41,984 nucleotides of DNA from Octopus bimaculoides (GCF_001194135.2 NC_069006.1:11465802-11507785); one strand, 5' to 3'. Numbered from the stretch's first letter, positions 23,453 to 36,014 are shown. A program made the numbers and translations. Notes: generated from the sequence alone by a model not told the origin.

Positions 23453-24027
23453 NNNNNNNNNNNNNNNNNNNNNNNNNNNNNNNNNNNNNNNNNNNNNNNN
23501 NNNNNNCTTGCAAGGTACTTGGTGACCCTATCACTCAAAAGCACCCAGTCCACACTGTAGAGTGGTTGACATTTGGAAGGGCATCCAGCTGTAAGAACGT
23601 TGCCAAAACTGACCTTGCCTGTGCTTGTGCCAAGTAAAAAGCACTAAGTCCCTGCTGCTGAGTGGCTGGTGTTAGGAAGGGCATCCGGCTGTAAAAATCC
23701 TGCCAAAACAGTCACAGAAGCCTGGTGTAGGCTTCAGCCTGGCTGGCTCTTGTGAAACCGTCCCACCCATGCTAGCATGGAAGGCGGATGTTAAACGATG
23801 ATGATGATGATGATGAAATTCACAGACATAAACTGAGAGAGAGAGAGAGAGGGAGGTATTACGGTTTATTAATTGAACACAAATGATGTAAAGTCTTCCC
23901 TTCTCCCCATATACATAGAGAGATGAATATGCTTACACACAAACAAAAAGGGAGAGAGAAGAGGGAACAAGAGGAAGAATGGGAGAAACATTACAATGTC
24001 TGATGCCAAATAAGTCAGCTTCGAATC

Positions 24028-24058
<31 letters not shown>

Positions 24059-24227
24059 AATAACAATAATAATGGGACCCCAAGGAGATAGAGTATCCCA
24101 TATTTTATAATATATATCAATCATTCTGCATATTGCATCGAAATGTGCATAGGTCATTTTCATTATTATTATTATTATTATTATAATAAAGTATTTTCAA
24201 TGGATCAGTTTTGAGCTCTATTTAAAG

Positions 24228-24289
<62 letters not shown>

Positions 24290-24291
<2 letters not shown>

Positions 24292-24590
24292 ACTCTCCTG
24301 TCGGTTTTGACGTATGAGGCTCCGACAACGTACTTTTTCTTTGTCAGTCATAATACTTATGTCGAATGTGACATTTAAGTCTCACCAACGATTTGCAAAG
24401 AAGGCCACAAGTGTTGCAAGTTTGAGGATTAGAGGTCAGTGCAGGTGGTACATTTGCAACCGCTTTTCTCCTTTGCCTTGCACCCCCGAAGCCTATTAAT
24501 GCTGGTTGCAACAAAGTTTTTAATACCATTTTGACACAACGATCTCCATTTTGTTCATACCAAGGCTGTTCTCTCAAAGGTGTTGTGAGC
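24290..24590 (-). mobile_element. RTE/BovB-like LINE 3' end with C-terminal zinc finger
   Basis: ORF 24344..24577: ...RQRRKA...CNTCGLLCKSLVRLKCHIRH (CxxC...HxxH). The 3' end abuts a (TA)n tract. Confidence 0.7.
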
Positions 24591-24946
24591 TATCTTCCAT
24601 CACTATATATATATATATATATATTTTCGTTTTCCTGTTTTGTTTTCTGCCCGCCACTACATTCCTCCACGTTACAAATTTAATTTGAATTAAATTTAAT
24701 TTGTGGTCCATGCGAAGAGCCATTTTAACGATGCGTCCTGCCCTAACTCTTCGAAACACCAGTGTTGAATGGTGGCAGCTGATGAAGGAAATGTTCTCTA
24801 TGTGGCCTGCGTGTTTTCTGTACTTGTTTATCATTTTGTCTACGTTTTGTTTACAATGTTCTGTACCCAGATATGCATCTATATATACAGGTAGATGTAA
24901 GTATGTACATACATGTACATATATATGCATATACTCATTTATTATT

Positions 24947-24991
<45 letters not shown>

Positions 24992-26033
24992 GGCTTTTTT
25001 GCAGTCTTTGTCTACCACATCCACTGACAAGGCTTTGGTTGGTTCGAGGCACTTGTCCAAGGTTCCACACAGTGGGACTGAACTCAGAATTCTGTGGTTG
25101 GGAAGCAAACTTCTTATCACACAACCGCTACACAATATTCTACATCGACTTGTATACTAGAACATACAGTATTAAGCTGGTGTAGGGTGGTGGATTGGCA
25201 GAAACAGAGCATTGGAAGAAATACTTGTAGTTTTTGTTCTGGCTCTTTATGTTCTGAGTTCAAATCCCTCTGTGGCCAGTACTGCCTTTCACCCTTTCCA
25301 GTTTCATAAAATAAAATGCTGGTCAAACATTAGAATTGATTTAATCAACAAATCTAATCCCCTAAAATTGCTGACTGTATGCCAAAATTTAGAGCTGTTA
25401 TTAAGCAGGTGTTTAAAACACAAAACCTTACATTAAAATTTCATGCTAATTTAGATTACTTCGAAAGAAGCTTATATCATAGTGTTAGGCATTGAAAGAG
25501 TTCAAGCTCAGAAAATTATAGAAATATACAACAAAAATATAATATGATAAAAAATATCAACTTTATAATTATTTTCTTTTTTTTTTTCGATTGTTAATTT
25601 TTTTTTGCATAAATTTCAAAAATATTAATAATAATATAATTGTTTATGTTGTTCAAATAGCTGTTATTTTTGTTCCATTAGGTAAGTCTTTCTTTTGTGT
25701 TCAGCAAAAGATTTTGATAAATGTACATGTGTATGAAAATAACAATACTGATTGAAAATGTGCACGTATATATATATATATATATATATANNNNNNNNNN
25801 NNNNNNNNNNNNNNNNNNNNNNNNNNNNNNNNNNNNNNNNNNNNNNNNNNNNNNNNNNNNNNNNNNNNNNNNNNNNNNNNNNNNNNNNNNNNNNNNNNNN
25901 NNNNNNNNNNNNNNNNNNNNNNNNNNNNNNNNNNNNNNNNNNNNNNNNNNNNNNNNNNNNNNNNNNNNNNNNNNNNNNNNNNNNNNNNNNNNNNNNNNNN
26001 NNNNNNNNNNNNNNNNNNNNNNNNNNNNNNNNN

Positions 26034-26075
<42 letters not shown>

Positions 26076-26314
26076 TTGATATATACAGATCTATTTATAT
26101 ATATATATATAAATATAAATTTAAATGCATACAGAGATGTATGTATGTATGCATATATATATATAAACATATATATGCATGTCTGTTGTGTGAGTGTGTG
26201 TGTGTATTTATGCATATATATGATCTTTTGTTGAAAGCAAAGTCTCAAACAGATATGTAATAGATTTTAGTAAAAAAAAAAAGTTGAAAAAACTGGAAAA
26301 TTTTTGTTCGGCTT

Positions 26315-26491
26315 CTAAAATTCATCATGGAAGTTTCTAGCAATCTCTACCATTTTGCTGGAGATAAACTCAGATTCATGGTGCAGGACTTCTTCCTTGG
26401 ACAGGTGTTTATCATTATTATCATCTATCATCTCGAGGATGGCCACAGCTTCATTCTTTATCTGGACTGGGTTACGAGGGTTAAGATAGTG
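26315..26491 (-). CDS. SDF4: SDF4/Cab45 terminal coding exon: HYLNPRNPVQIKNEAVAILEMIDDNNDKHLSKEEVLHHESEFISSKMVEIARNFHDEF*
   Basis: Acceptor ttttcttccag|CAC, phase 0, 177 nt including TAG. EF loop DDNNDKHLSKEE. C-terminus SSKMVEIARNFHDEF parallels Cab45 GSKLVDYARSVHEEF. Confidence 0.95.
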   Translation of the reverse strand, partial: HYLNPRNPVQIKNEAVAILEMIDDNNDKHLSKEEVLHHESEFISSKMVEIARNFHDEF

Positions 26492-27094
26492 CTGGAAGAA
26501 AAGAAAACAAAAAGAAACAACATAATATATGTCTCTACACACACACACACACATTCCTTCTTTACCTTCTGTCTCTCATTCCATCAAAATGCCTGATCTT
26601 AAATCTTTCCTCTTCCATTTACACCATCATCTCAAACATTACCTCACTAAGTTTTGCACACACACACACACACACACACACCAAGACACTGTTACGGTTG
26701 TGGTTTCCCATTGCTTTCTGCTGATTTATTTACAGCTTATTCTGCAGTTCTCCTTCTCTTGTGAACTTATCCTTGAGGCATACAACCTATTTAACTCTCG
26801 GGCAATAGAACTGCTTCACATGACATCAGGTCATTCCCCCATCATGTGAGACATGTCTAGTAATCAGCTCGCCTCTGAGTCCTGTATAACTTAGCCACAG
26901 GACCATCTTCATTATTTGACCCCTAGCTGGGTCCTACTACTCCACGCCAGAGTGGACCAGGGAGTTGTGGTAGCTATGGGCTAACTCCATACTCCCTAAA
27001 GCTTGTGCCAGAGGGTGACTCAAGAAGACATGGGATCAGTTGGCGAAGACTGATCTTAGGCCATAATGATGATGATGATAAAGGCAGTATGAGG

Positions 27095-27430
27095 CAGTGA
27101 CTCCCATGGCTTCTGATCTTAACTGATTGGAAGTGTTATCATATACATTCTTTTGTCTTGGTATAAAAGATAGCCTACAGCAAAGATTCTGCTCAATACC
27201 ACAGATTTGCTTGTCAGTTGTTTGACCTTAACCTGTTGAGCATGTCCCTTGGTGGCTGACGATATGTGTATCTCTGATCATGAGCAGAAGTAGTGGGGGA
27301 GCATCATAGACATGTGAGGAGAGGAATTCTTTGGGTTTGGATAATTCACCTTTGGAAACATGGGTGTTCTGTTCAACATCCTTAAACAACCCTTATTCAA
27401 GGACCTTTTGAGTGGGATGGGCTACTCACA
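27095..27430 (+). mobile_element. Interspersed SINE-like repeat family D body; related tails at about 10660-10885, 11339-11695 and 30700-30890
   Basis: The tail motif tcctagatacac...gatggtca.agctg.aatg..tttgatca...gactgacct.ggg.taaa recurs in several places. Linking this body to those tails rests on recall of the family, not on contiguity here. Confidence 0.5.
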
Positions 27431-27632
27431 CAGAAAATGATAAAGGTTTGCAATCACTGGAGACATGCTCAAGAAGACCTACTCACCTCTGCAAACATGA
27501 ACTCACTGGTGATAAAACAGTATGAAAGACACCCAAGCTGGAGCCTCACCACTGGATGCAGTTTAATGGTTGACCCGAGGACAACCTGAGACTAAACAGC
27601 AACAACAACAGAGTAGGGGTCATTGAAGTTAC

Positions 27633-27805
27633 CTTTAATTCCACCACATCGACAATGCCATCTTTGTTGGAATCAATGTAATTCTCAAATTCATATTTTC
27701 GTTCATCTTGCCATTGGCGGTCGTCTTTAGCTTCAGTTTCAGACACGATTCCTGGGGGTAGGGCAATAAATTCATCCACTGTCAACTTCTCATTTCTGTT
27801 CTTAT
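27633..27805 (-). CDS. SDF4: SDF4/Cab45 penultimate exon: (D)KNRNEKLTVDEFIALPPGIVSETEAKDDRQWQDERKYEFENYIDSNKDGIVDVVELK
   Basis: Acceptor tgtctgtctatcttcag|AT, donor AAG|gtaact, 173 nt, phase 1 to 0. EF loops DKNRNEKLTVDE and DSNKDGIVDVVE. EFIALPPG matches Cab45 EFISLPVG. Confidence 0.94.
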
Positions 27806-28551
27806 CTGAAGATAGACAGACAAGAACAACAATAGTAATTCATAATAATAATAATAATAATAATAATATTGATGATAAAGATGATGATGATGATGATAAT
27901 TGCAGTATGAGGCAATTTTAGGGACAGGGATAAAGTCAATTACATCATGACCAGTACTTTATTTTACTGACCTTGTAAGAACGAAAGGCAAAGCTGACCA
28001 AGGTGGGATATAAACTTAGAACATAAAAAGCCAGAAGAAATACTGCTAACCATTTTGCCTTAAGTATTTTAATTAGAATGCTCCGAGGGAGCCCCGCCAG
28101 CCTGCATGGGAAAAGTATGGAATAATAGATCTGCCAGATAACCTAATAATTATAATAATTCTTGTCTACTGAAAGCACAAGGCCTGAAATTTGGGGGGGG
28201 AGGGGACTAGTTGATTACATCAAACCAGTGCATAACTGGTACTTAATTTATTGACCCTGAAAGGATGAAAGGCAAAGTCAACCTTAGTGGAATTTGAACC
28301 CATAATGTAGTGATGGCTGAAATAAGCATTTCGTCTAGCGTACTAACAATTCTGGCAGCTCGCCGTCTTCCTAATAATATCAATAATAACAATATTAATT
28401 CTTTCTGCTATGAGGTACAATACCTGACATTTTCGGATAGGGATGGGGATGGGGCCAGTCAATTACATCAACTTCCTTGGTGGTCAGTTTGTATGAAAGG
28501 CGAATTCAACCTCAACAGAATGTGAACTTTCTGTCTGTATATGCATGAGTA

Positions 28552-28603
<52 letters not shown>

Positions 28604-28709
28604 CATACAAACATACAGACATATACAAACACATACAGATATACAGCTGAAATGCCACTAAGCATGTTGTCCTGCATGTTAACAATTCTGTCAACTCACC
28701 ACTTGCCTA

Positions 28710-28768
<59 letters not shown>

Positions 28769-29607
28769 TTTTAACACGGGCATGAAGCCAGAAATTTGGA
28801 AGGCAGGGCAGAGTCAATTTAATCAATGAATCACTCAGTCCTTCATTTCATCAACTCTGGCAGGATGAAAAGCAAGGATGATCTTGGTAGGATTTGAAAT
28901 CATAACAGAATAATAATGATTTCTGATTTTTGGCAAAAGGTCAGCATTTTTGAGGAGATGGGATTGCTTGAAGCCATTGACTTGAGTATTTGACTGGTAC
29001 TTAATTTTATCGAGCTTGGCAGGACGGATGAGAGGGAAAGCTGACCTCAGTGAGATTTGAAATCAGAATGTAGGTATGACTGTATGGTAAGAAGTTTGCT
29101 TCCCAACCACATGGTTCCAAAATCAGTCCCACCGTATGTTATCTTAGGTGTCTTCTATTATAGCCCTGGTCCAATCAAAGCCTTGTGAGCAGATTTGGTA
29201 GACAAAAACTGTGTGTGTGTGTGTATACATGTATGTGTATATGCGTGTGCCTCTCCCCCATCACCACTTGACAACTGGTATTGGCTTGTTTATGTCCCTG
29301 TAGGTTAGTGGTTCAGCAAAAAGGGACCAATAGAGTAGGTACATGGCTTTAAAAAAATAAAGTGCTGGGGTCAATTTATTCGACTAAACTCTTCCAGGTG
29401 ATGCCCCACCCTGGCTGAAGTCTATTGACAGAAACAAGCGAAAGAAAAGATGAAAGAAAAGGTCAGGACAAATGACCCAAGGCATTTTTGTCTGATGCTC
29501 TAATGATTCTGACAGCTTGCCACTGTAAGAACAAATCAGTAGTAGAACAGTAACATTAGTAATAGTAATAATAATAATAATAACAAAAACACCAGGACTT
29601 ACAAGTA

Positions 29608-29819
29608 CAGCGTGGCCCAAAAGTAGGTTTACAGTTATCACATAGGTACTTTAAATTTCTTTTAAAACATTTCATTACATTTAAATTTCTAGCTTACAAT
29701 TAACTAAATAAGCATAGAATAATGGTTTCATATTTTTTTATAAGTAAGATCTAAACTGTTAATATATGAATGCAAAAGAGATAGTTGAAGAACTGTAAAC
29801 CTACTTTCGGGCCACCCTG
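29608..29819. mobile_element. Tc1/mariner-type MITE (212 bp)
   Basis: TIRs cagcgtggcccaaaagtaggtttacagtt / aactgtaaacctactttcgggccaccctg, TA flanks. Confidence 0.87.
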
Positions 29820-29967
29820 TATATATATAACATACAGAAAATAGCACTACAAGGCACTGCACACATCCTACGTAAAATACTTTCAATACAGTGAAAATAA
29901 GAGCACCACAACAAACCACAGCACATACTCAAGGTACACAGAGCTGTGCTTGGTAGTGCAGTAAAAA

Positions 29968-30001
<34 letters not shown>

Positions 30002-31766
30002 TTCTCTGCCCTAGGTGTATGGAAAACACTCGGTGAGAAATGGAAGAAAATTTGAAGAAAGAAGAAAAATAATAATAATAATAATAATCCTTTCTACTGG
30101 AAGCACAAGGCCTTAAATTTGGAGGAAGGGATTAAGTGGATTACATCGACCCCAGTATGTACTTGGTTCTTAATTTACTGACCCTGAAAGGAAGAAAGGC
30201 AAAGTCGACCTCGGCGGAATTTGAACGCAGAATGTAACCGGCAGACGAAAGACTGCTAAGCACTTTGCCCAGCATACTAACGATTCTGTCAGCTTGCTGT
30301 CTTAATAATAATAATAATAATAATAATAATAGTTTCTGATTTAATAATAATAATGGCTTAGTGGTTAGGGTGTTGGACTCATGATCATAAGATTATGGTT
30401 TCAAGTCCTAGACCAGGCGTTGCATTGTGTTCTTGAGCAAAACACTTCATTTCACATTGCTCCAGTCCGTTTGGCTGGTAAAACTAAGTAACCCAGCAAT
30501 GAACAGGCATCCTATACAAGGAAGGACATGGACTCCTGGGAAACTGGCCCTTTGCTCCTTACGGAGTAATGTAGATTAACCAATGGTTTAATAATACCAA
30601 TGGTTTAGTAACGATTTAATAATAATAATAATGATTTCTGATGCACAAAGCTAGAAATTTTATTATTTTGGGGGTGTGGGTGGAGGAAGGGGGTGGTGAC
30701 AACATGGTCATGGTTGAAACACCTTCAATCATAGATCTACTGGACTAGGGGTGAACTAGACAATTGTACTCCTAGATACACTATGGATAAGTATAAGATG
30801 GGATGGTCAATGGTCATAGCTGGGACCTCTTTTGACCATAGCTCTAATAAATCAGGACTAAGTTGGGGCTAACAAAGCAAAATAACAACAAAGAAGGTCA
30901 CATTAAATACAATACTCCTAGATATCATCATCATCACCATTATCACCACCACCACCATTATCAGTTAATGTCCATTTTTCCATGCAGGCATGAGTTGGAC
31001 AGTTTGACAGCAACTGACAAGTCAGAGAATTGCACCAAGCTCTACTGTCTGTTGCTCTTCCTAATGCCAACCACTTTACACGGTGTACTTGGCACTTTTG
31101 ACGTGGCACCATCACCAGCGAGGTCACCAAGCAACTTTCAGGAGAAGATCCCACAAGAAGGGGGTCGGGGTCGGGTAGTATTGAGGCAGGTAGAGAAGGT
31201 GTTTTGCATTAGAAGAGAAACATGGTCTACCTTAACTGGAGAGAGAAAAGACAATATGAAATGGGATGGTCATGGCTGGGAACCTATTTCACTATAGGTC
31301 TGCTGGAACAGGAGACTGACCCAGGGTGAAACAAGTGCAACAATAACTTCATAAGCCCTAAGCTAGCCTCCATTGTCCATGGAGGTTGAACCTTCCACAC
31401 CAGACTAAATTAAAAGCACCCATGCTGGGCCATGGAAAGGACACTTGTTCTGGACCATGTAAAAAGCACCCATTACACCCTGTAAAGTGGTTGGCATTAG
31501 GAAGGGTACCCAGCCCTAGAAACCAAGCCAAATCAGATTGGAATCTGGTGTAGCTCTCCAGCTTAGGTCAAACTGTCTGATCCATGCTAACATGGAAAAT
31601 GGACTTTAAATGATGATGGTGGTGATGATGATGAAAGGAGGAAGAGGGTGGAAGGCAGAGGAGGAGAGAAGGAGGAAGAAAGGGGGATAGAGGGGAAGGT
31701 GGAAGACGGGAAAGAGAAGATGGAGGAGAAGGTGGAAGAGGCAGAAGAGGATGAGGAGATAGTTAC

Positions 31767-31925
31767 CAAGGCTGTTAAGAATACTCTCAGCCATCTCTAG
31801 TGTAGAGTCCTCACGGTGCTCAGGGTGACGGAACTTAAGAAACTCTTCCTTGGTTAGTTTGTTGTCCTGGGTGTCTTCGTCAGCATCATACCAACGGTTC
31901 TGGTACCTCATCAAAACGGCTCTGT
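31767..31925 (-). CDS. SDF4: SDF4/Cab45 internal coding exon: (D)RAVLMRYQNRWYDADEDTQDNKLTKEEFLKFRHPEHREDSTLEMAESILNSL(D)
   Basis: Acceptor ttcttccctgttttattcag|AC, donor CTTG|gtaact, 159 nt, phase 1-1. RW..AD and EEF..F.HPEH are CREC/Cab45 hallmarks. Lies largely within ORF 31606..31914. Confidence 0.94.
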
Positions 31926-32209
31926 CTGAATAAAACAGGGAAGAAGAAAAAAGTTAAAAGCAGTCTTTACACTTTGAAACTACCAAGAGACCCCTTCACA
32001 CACACACACACATATATGCCAGGATTCTTTTAGTTTCCATCTATTAAATCAATATACAATGCTTTAGTTGTCCCAGAACTAAAGCAGAAAACATTTGCCC
32101 AAGTTACCATGCAATGGAACTGAACACGAAACCCAATTGGTTGAGAAGCAAGCTTCTTAATCACACACCCAATATCTATGTGTGTGTGTGTGTGTGTGCG
32201 TGTGTGTGC

Positions 32210-32249
<40 letters not shown>

Positions 32250-32295
32250 ATATGTAAAACTTACTTGGAAAAGGACATGTGGCATTCGATCATAT

Positions 32296-33245
32296 AATAA
32301 TATAAATAATATATAAATATATACATATATGTACATACCTACATATATATGTATATATACATGCATATAGGGGTACAGGACATAAAAAAAAACGTGAACA
32401 GAATGAGAAACGAGAACATAAAAAACAAAAACATAGAAAACAAACTTTTTTTTGAACAACGAAAAAAACAAACAGAGAAACGAGACATGCAACATAAAGA
32501 ACATTCCCTTCATCAGTTGTCCCCTGTTTTATCTACTCCACATTTTGAAGGTAAATTTGGGATTTTTTGCAGAGGGTGAAAGTGGTAATAAAAACAGGAC
32601 AGTGAGAACAAAACAGTAAAAACAAACGGTGAGGGCTGTTAAGCCAAGACGAGGTGAAATGGTGAACGCTGGAAAAACGAGCTTTGAGAAGAGACAGATA
32701 AAAGCACGTCTTGTCTTTAGGAAGGAAGTGGAAGAAAGAAGGATGGCCGTTTGTCAGGTGTGAGCAATGAGAGAGTGCAGGAAGAAGAGTGAGAGAGAGA
32801 GGGAATGGTGAAGGGGAGAGGAGAAGAATAGGGAAAGGGTGGGAGAGAAAAACAGAAAGGAAGAAGAACAAGAGAGGGAGATAGATAGAGAGAAAAGAGT
32901 TAGAACAAGAGTGCGCATCGTAATTATTAAGATAAAACTTACTTGCAAAAGGATGCGTGGCGTTTTAACGAAGTCACGTCTTATCCTTACCTTCAAAATG
33001 TGGAGTAGATAAAACAGAGGACAACTGATGAAGGGAATGTTCTTTATGTTGCAAGTCTCGTTTCTCTGTTTGTTTTTTTGTAGTTTGAGAAAAGTTCGTT
33101 TTCTATGTTTTTGTTTTTTATGTTCTTGTTTCTCATTCTGTCCACGTTTTTTTTTATGTCCTGTACACCTATATGCATGTATATATACATATATATGTAG
33201 GTATGTACATATACGTATGCATTTATGCATATATTTATATATTAT
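32296..33245. repeat. Long inverted repeat (arms about 32296-32553 and 32987-33245), probable Penelope-like inverted structure
   Basis: ORFs 32157..32513(-) and 33028..33390(+) translate to near-identical MKGMFFML... sequences. The same family (ctgatgaagg.aatgttct.tatgt) recurs at about 24700-24935. Confidence 0.85.
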
Positions 33246-33496
33246 ATATATAAATCATCAACATTTTAATGCCCGCTTTTGTATGCTGACATGCATTGAT
33301 TGGAATTTGTTGGGGCAAATTTTTCTATGGCTGGGTGCCTTTCCTGTCACCAACCTTCACCTGTTTCCAAGTAGCTTAGTATTTCCTTAAGACGCTTGCA
33401 TAATGGTGACACTAATTTCCAACTATTATGTGGAGTAAAGGCAAAGAGACAGCAACACAACAAACAAACAAGCAACCAAGCATATGTGCATGTGCG

Positions 33497-33547
<51 letters not shown>

Positions 33548-33551
33548 TATA

Positions 33552-34404
33552 NNNNNNNNNNNNNNNNNNNNNNNNNNNNNNNNNNNNNNNNNNNNNNNNN
33601 NNNNNNNNNNNNNNNNNNNNNNNNNNNNNNNNNNNNNNNNNNNNNNNNNNNNNNNNNNNNNNNNNNNNNNNNNNNNNNNNNNNNNNNNNNNNNNNNNNNN
33701 NNNNNNNNNNNNNNNNNNNNNNNNNNNNNNNNNNNNNNNNNNNNNNNNNNNNNNNNNNNNNNNNNNNNNNNNNNNNNNNNNNNNNNNNNNNNNNNNNNNN
33801 NNNNNNNNNNNNNNNNNNNNNNNNNNNNNNNNNNNNNNNNNNNNNNNNNNNNNNNNNNNNNNNNNNNNNNNNNNNNNNNNNNNNNNNNNNNNNNNNNNNN
33901 NNNNNNNNNNNNNNNNNNNNNNNNNNNNNNNNNNNNNNNNNNNNNNNNNNNNNNNNNNNNNNNNNNNNNNNNNNNNNNNNNNNNNNNNNNNNNNNNNNNN
34001 NNNNNNNNNNNNNNNNNNNNNNNNNNNNNNNNNNNNNNNNNNNNNNNNNNNNNNNNNNNNNNNNNNNNNNNNNNNNNNNNNNNNNNNNNNNNNNNNNNNN
34101 NNNNNNNNNNNNNNNNNNNNNNNNNNNNNNNNNNNNNNNNNNNNNNNNNNNNNNNNNNNNNNNNNNNNNNNNNNNNNNNNNNNNNNNNNNNNNNNNNNNN
34201 NNNNNNNNNNNNNNNNNNNNNNNNNNNNNNNNNNNNNNNNNNNNNNNNNNNNNNNNNNNNNNNNNNNNNNNNNNNNNNNNNNNNNNNNNNNNNNNNNNNN
34301 NNNNNNNNNNNNNNNNNNNNNNNNNNNNNNNNNNNNNNNNNNNNNNNNNNNNNNNNNNNNNNNNNNNNNNNNNNNNNNNNNNNNNNNNNNNNNNNNNNNN
34401 NNNN
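33552..34404. other. Largest assembly gap (others: 6422-6602, 18186-18195, 23453-23506, 25791-26033, 35215-35356, 37691-37937)
   Basis: Runs of N, mostly flanked by (TA)n, (GA)n or (CCA)n repeats. Confidence 0.99.
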
Positions 34405-34539
34405 TATATATTAAGAAAACGAAAGTAGTTAGAATTCATATTAGGGCTTTTGCCGCCTTCATGGAGATTCTTCTGATAGGTTTTATAGAAAAGTTCTTTG
34501 CTTTTTATACAATTCAAAAAGAGTATGTTGTTTTCATCA

Positions 34540-34900
34540 TCATTTAACATCCATTGTCCATGCTCACATGAGTTGGATGGTTTGACCGCAAAAGCATGCT
34601 GGAAGGCTGCACCAGACTCCAGTCTGATTTGGCATGGTTTTCTACAGCTGAATGTCCTTCCTAATGCCAACCACTCGGAGAGTGTAATGGATGCTTTTAT
34701 GCGCCACCAGTACTGCTGCTATTTGCATGACACTGAGGTGCATTCACATGCCACAGGTGCCAATTTGCGTGACACCGGTATCTGTCACGACTGCAATTTT
34801 GCTCGACTTGATGGGTCTTCTTCTCAAGCATGACATAATGCCAAAGGTCTCGGTCATTGCCTCCATGAGGCCTAACATTCAAAAGGAACTCAGCCACTTT
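34540..34900 (-). mobile_element. 5'-truncated RTE-like LINE end; its 3' UTR is shared with the (GAT)n-tailed repeat family
   Basis: DRDLWHYVMLEKK (ORF 34697..34921) followed by the gagtggttggcattaggaagg...catcc tail and GAT repeats. Confidence 0.6.
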
Positions 34901-35356
34901 ACCTCTATATATCACTATCATCGTTTAACGTCTGTTTTCCATGCTGGCATGGGTTGGATGGTTTGACTGAGGACTGGCAAGCCAGAAGGCTGCACCTGGC
35001 TCCAATCTGATCTGGCAAGGTTTCTACAGCCGGATGCCCTTCCTAACACCAACCACTCCGAGAGTGTAGTGGGTGCTTTTTACGTGCCACTGGCATAGGA
35101 GCCAGTCAGGCAGCACTGGTATCGACCATGTTCGGATGGTGCATTTTATGTGCCACTGCCATGGGAGCTAGTTGGGAGGCACTGGCATTGACCGCGTCCA
35201 GATGGTGCTTATATNNNNNNNNNNNNNNNNNNNNNNNNNNNNNNNNNNNNNNNNNNNNNNNNNNNNNNNNNNNNNNNNNNNNNNNNNNNNNNNNNNNNNN
35301 NNNNNNNNNNNNNNNNNNNNNNNNNNNNNNNNNNNNNNNNNNNNNNNNNNNNNNNN

Positions 35357-35690
35357 ATATATAAACATAATTTAGGGATCAGCAAATATTTGCTTCACCA
35401 CATACCGAAGTTCAGAAATAGCAGCTAAAAAAGCTGAGACTCCAACAGATAGCATTACTTGTAACTCACAAAGGCAAAAACAAGAAGAAAAAACAATGGA
35501 AACTAACCATTCCGATGATTAATCATAGACGCGTTTCTGGATTATGAGTGATAAATACTCAATTTCCTTTATCAATACGATATTCCAGTAGTAAATTCGA
35601 CTATGCTAGCAAACTGTGCATGCATGAACGAGTAACATTCTACATCGACACAAATCTAAAAGCATAACCGAATCTACCTCGGCCAGCCAG
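35357..35690 (-). mobile_element. Penelope-like pseudo-LTR remnant
   Basis: Contains a GAAACGCGTC minimal-hammerhead motif. Its 3' part (35360-35460) recurs in opposite orientation at 37955-38055. Confidence 0.5.
35522..35581 (-). ncRNA. Minimal type I hammerhead ribozyme-like motif (U3-A8 core variant)
   Basis: Minus strand: ATCGTA-TTGATAA-AGGAAATTGAGT(atttatc)ACTCATAATCCA-GAAAC-GC-GTC-TATGAT. 6-bp stem I, interrupted stem II and palindromic ACGCGT stem III. Predicted cut between 35528 and 35527. Confidence 0.5.
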
Positions 35691-35743
35691 TCTACTATCC
35701 TTCCTTCAAGAAATTACCATGTGCACGACATGTAATTAATTTG

Positions 35744-35788
<45 letters not shown>

Positions 35789-35867
35789 CACACATTCCTT
35801 GATACATTTAGAGACAAAGAGAGAAAGAGAGACAGAGAGAGGAACCAAATACGAAAACGTGCCTCAC

Positions 35868-36014
35868 CTTCAGTCTTTTTCAGTGGAATATATTCCAAAA
35901 GAGTCTCGTTAAAGTCCAGACCACCAAGCTTTTTCACATAATTGTCAATCATTGGTTTGTTGTACTCTCGGGCCTCCAAATACTTGCGAAAGTATTCTTC
36001 CCAGTCAACAAAAC
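35868..36014 (-). CDS. SDF4: SDF4/Cab45 internal coding exon: (G)FVDWEEYFRKYLEAREYNKPMIDNYVKKLGGLDFNETLLEYIPLKKTE(D)
   Basis: Acceptor tttttatttgcatag|GT, donor GAAG|gtgagg, 147 nt, phase 1-1. Completes EF loop DSNKDGFVDWEE across the junction. Lies within ORF 35695..36033. Confidence 0.92.

Noticed and set aside
24740-24790. GAAAC...CTGATGA order suggestive of a type II hammerhead
   Set aside because: The cleavage-site nucleotide would be G, the stems are marginal, and the related copy at about 33000 lacks GAAA.
33396-34670. Longest ORFs in the track (314-414 aa)
   Set aside because: Almost entirely X from the N gap.
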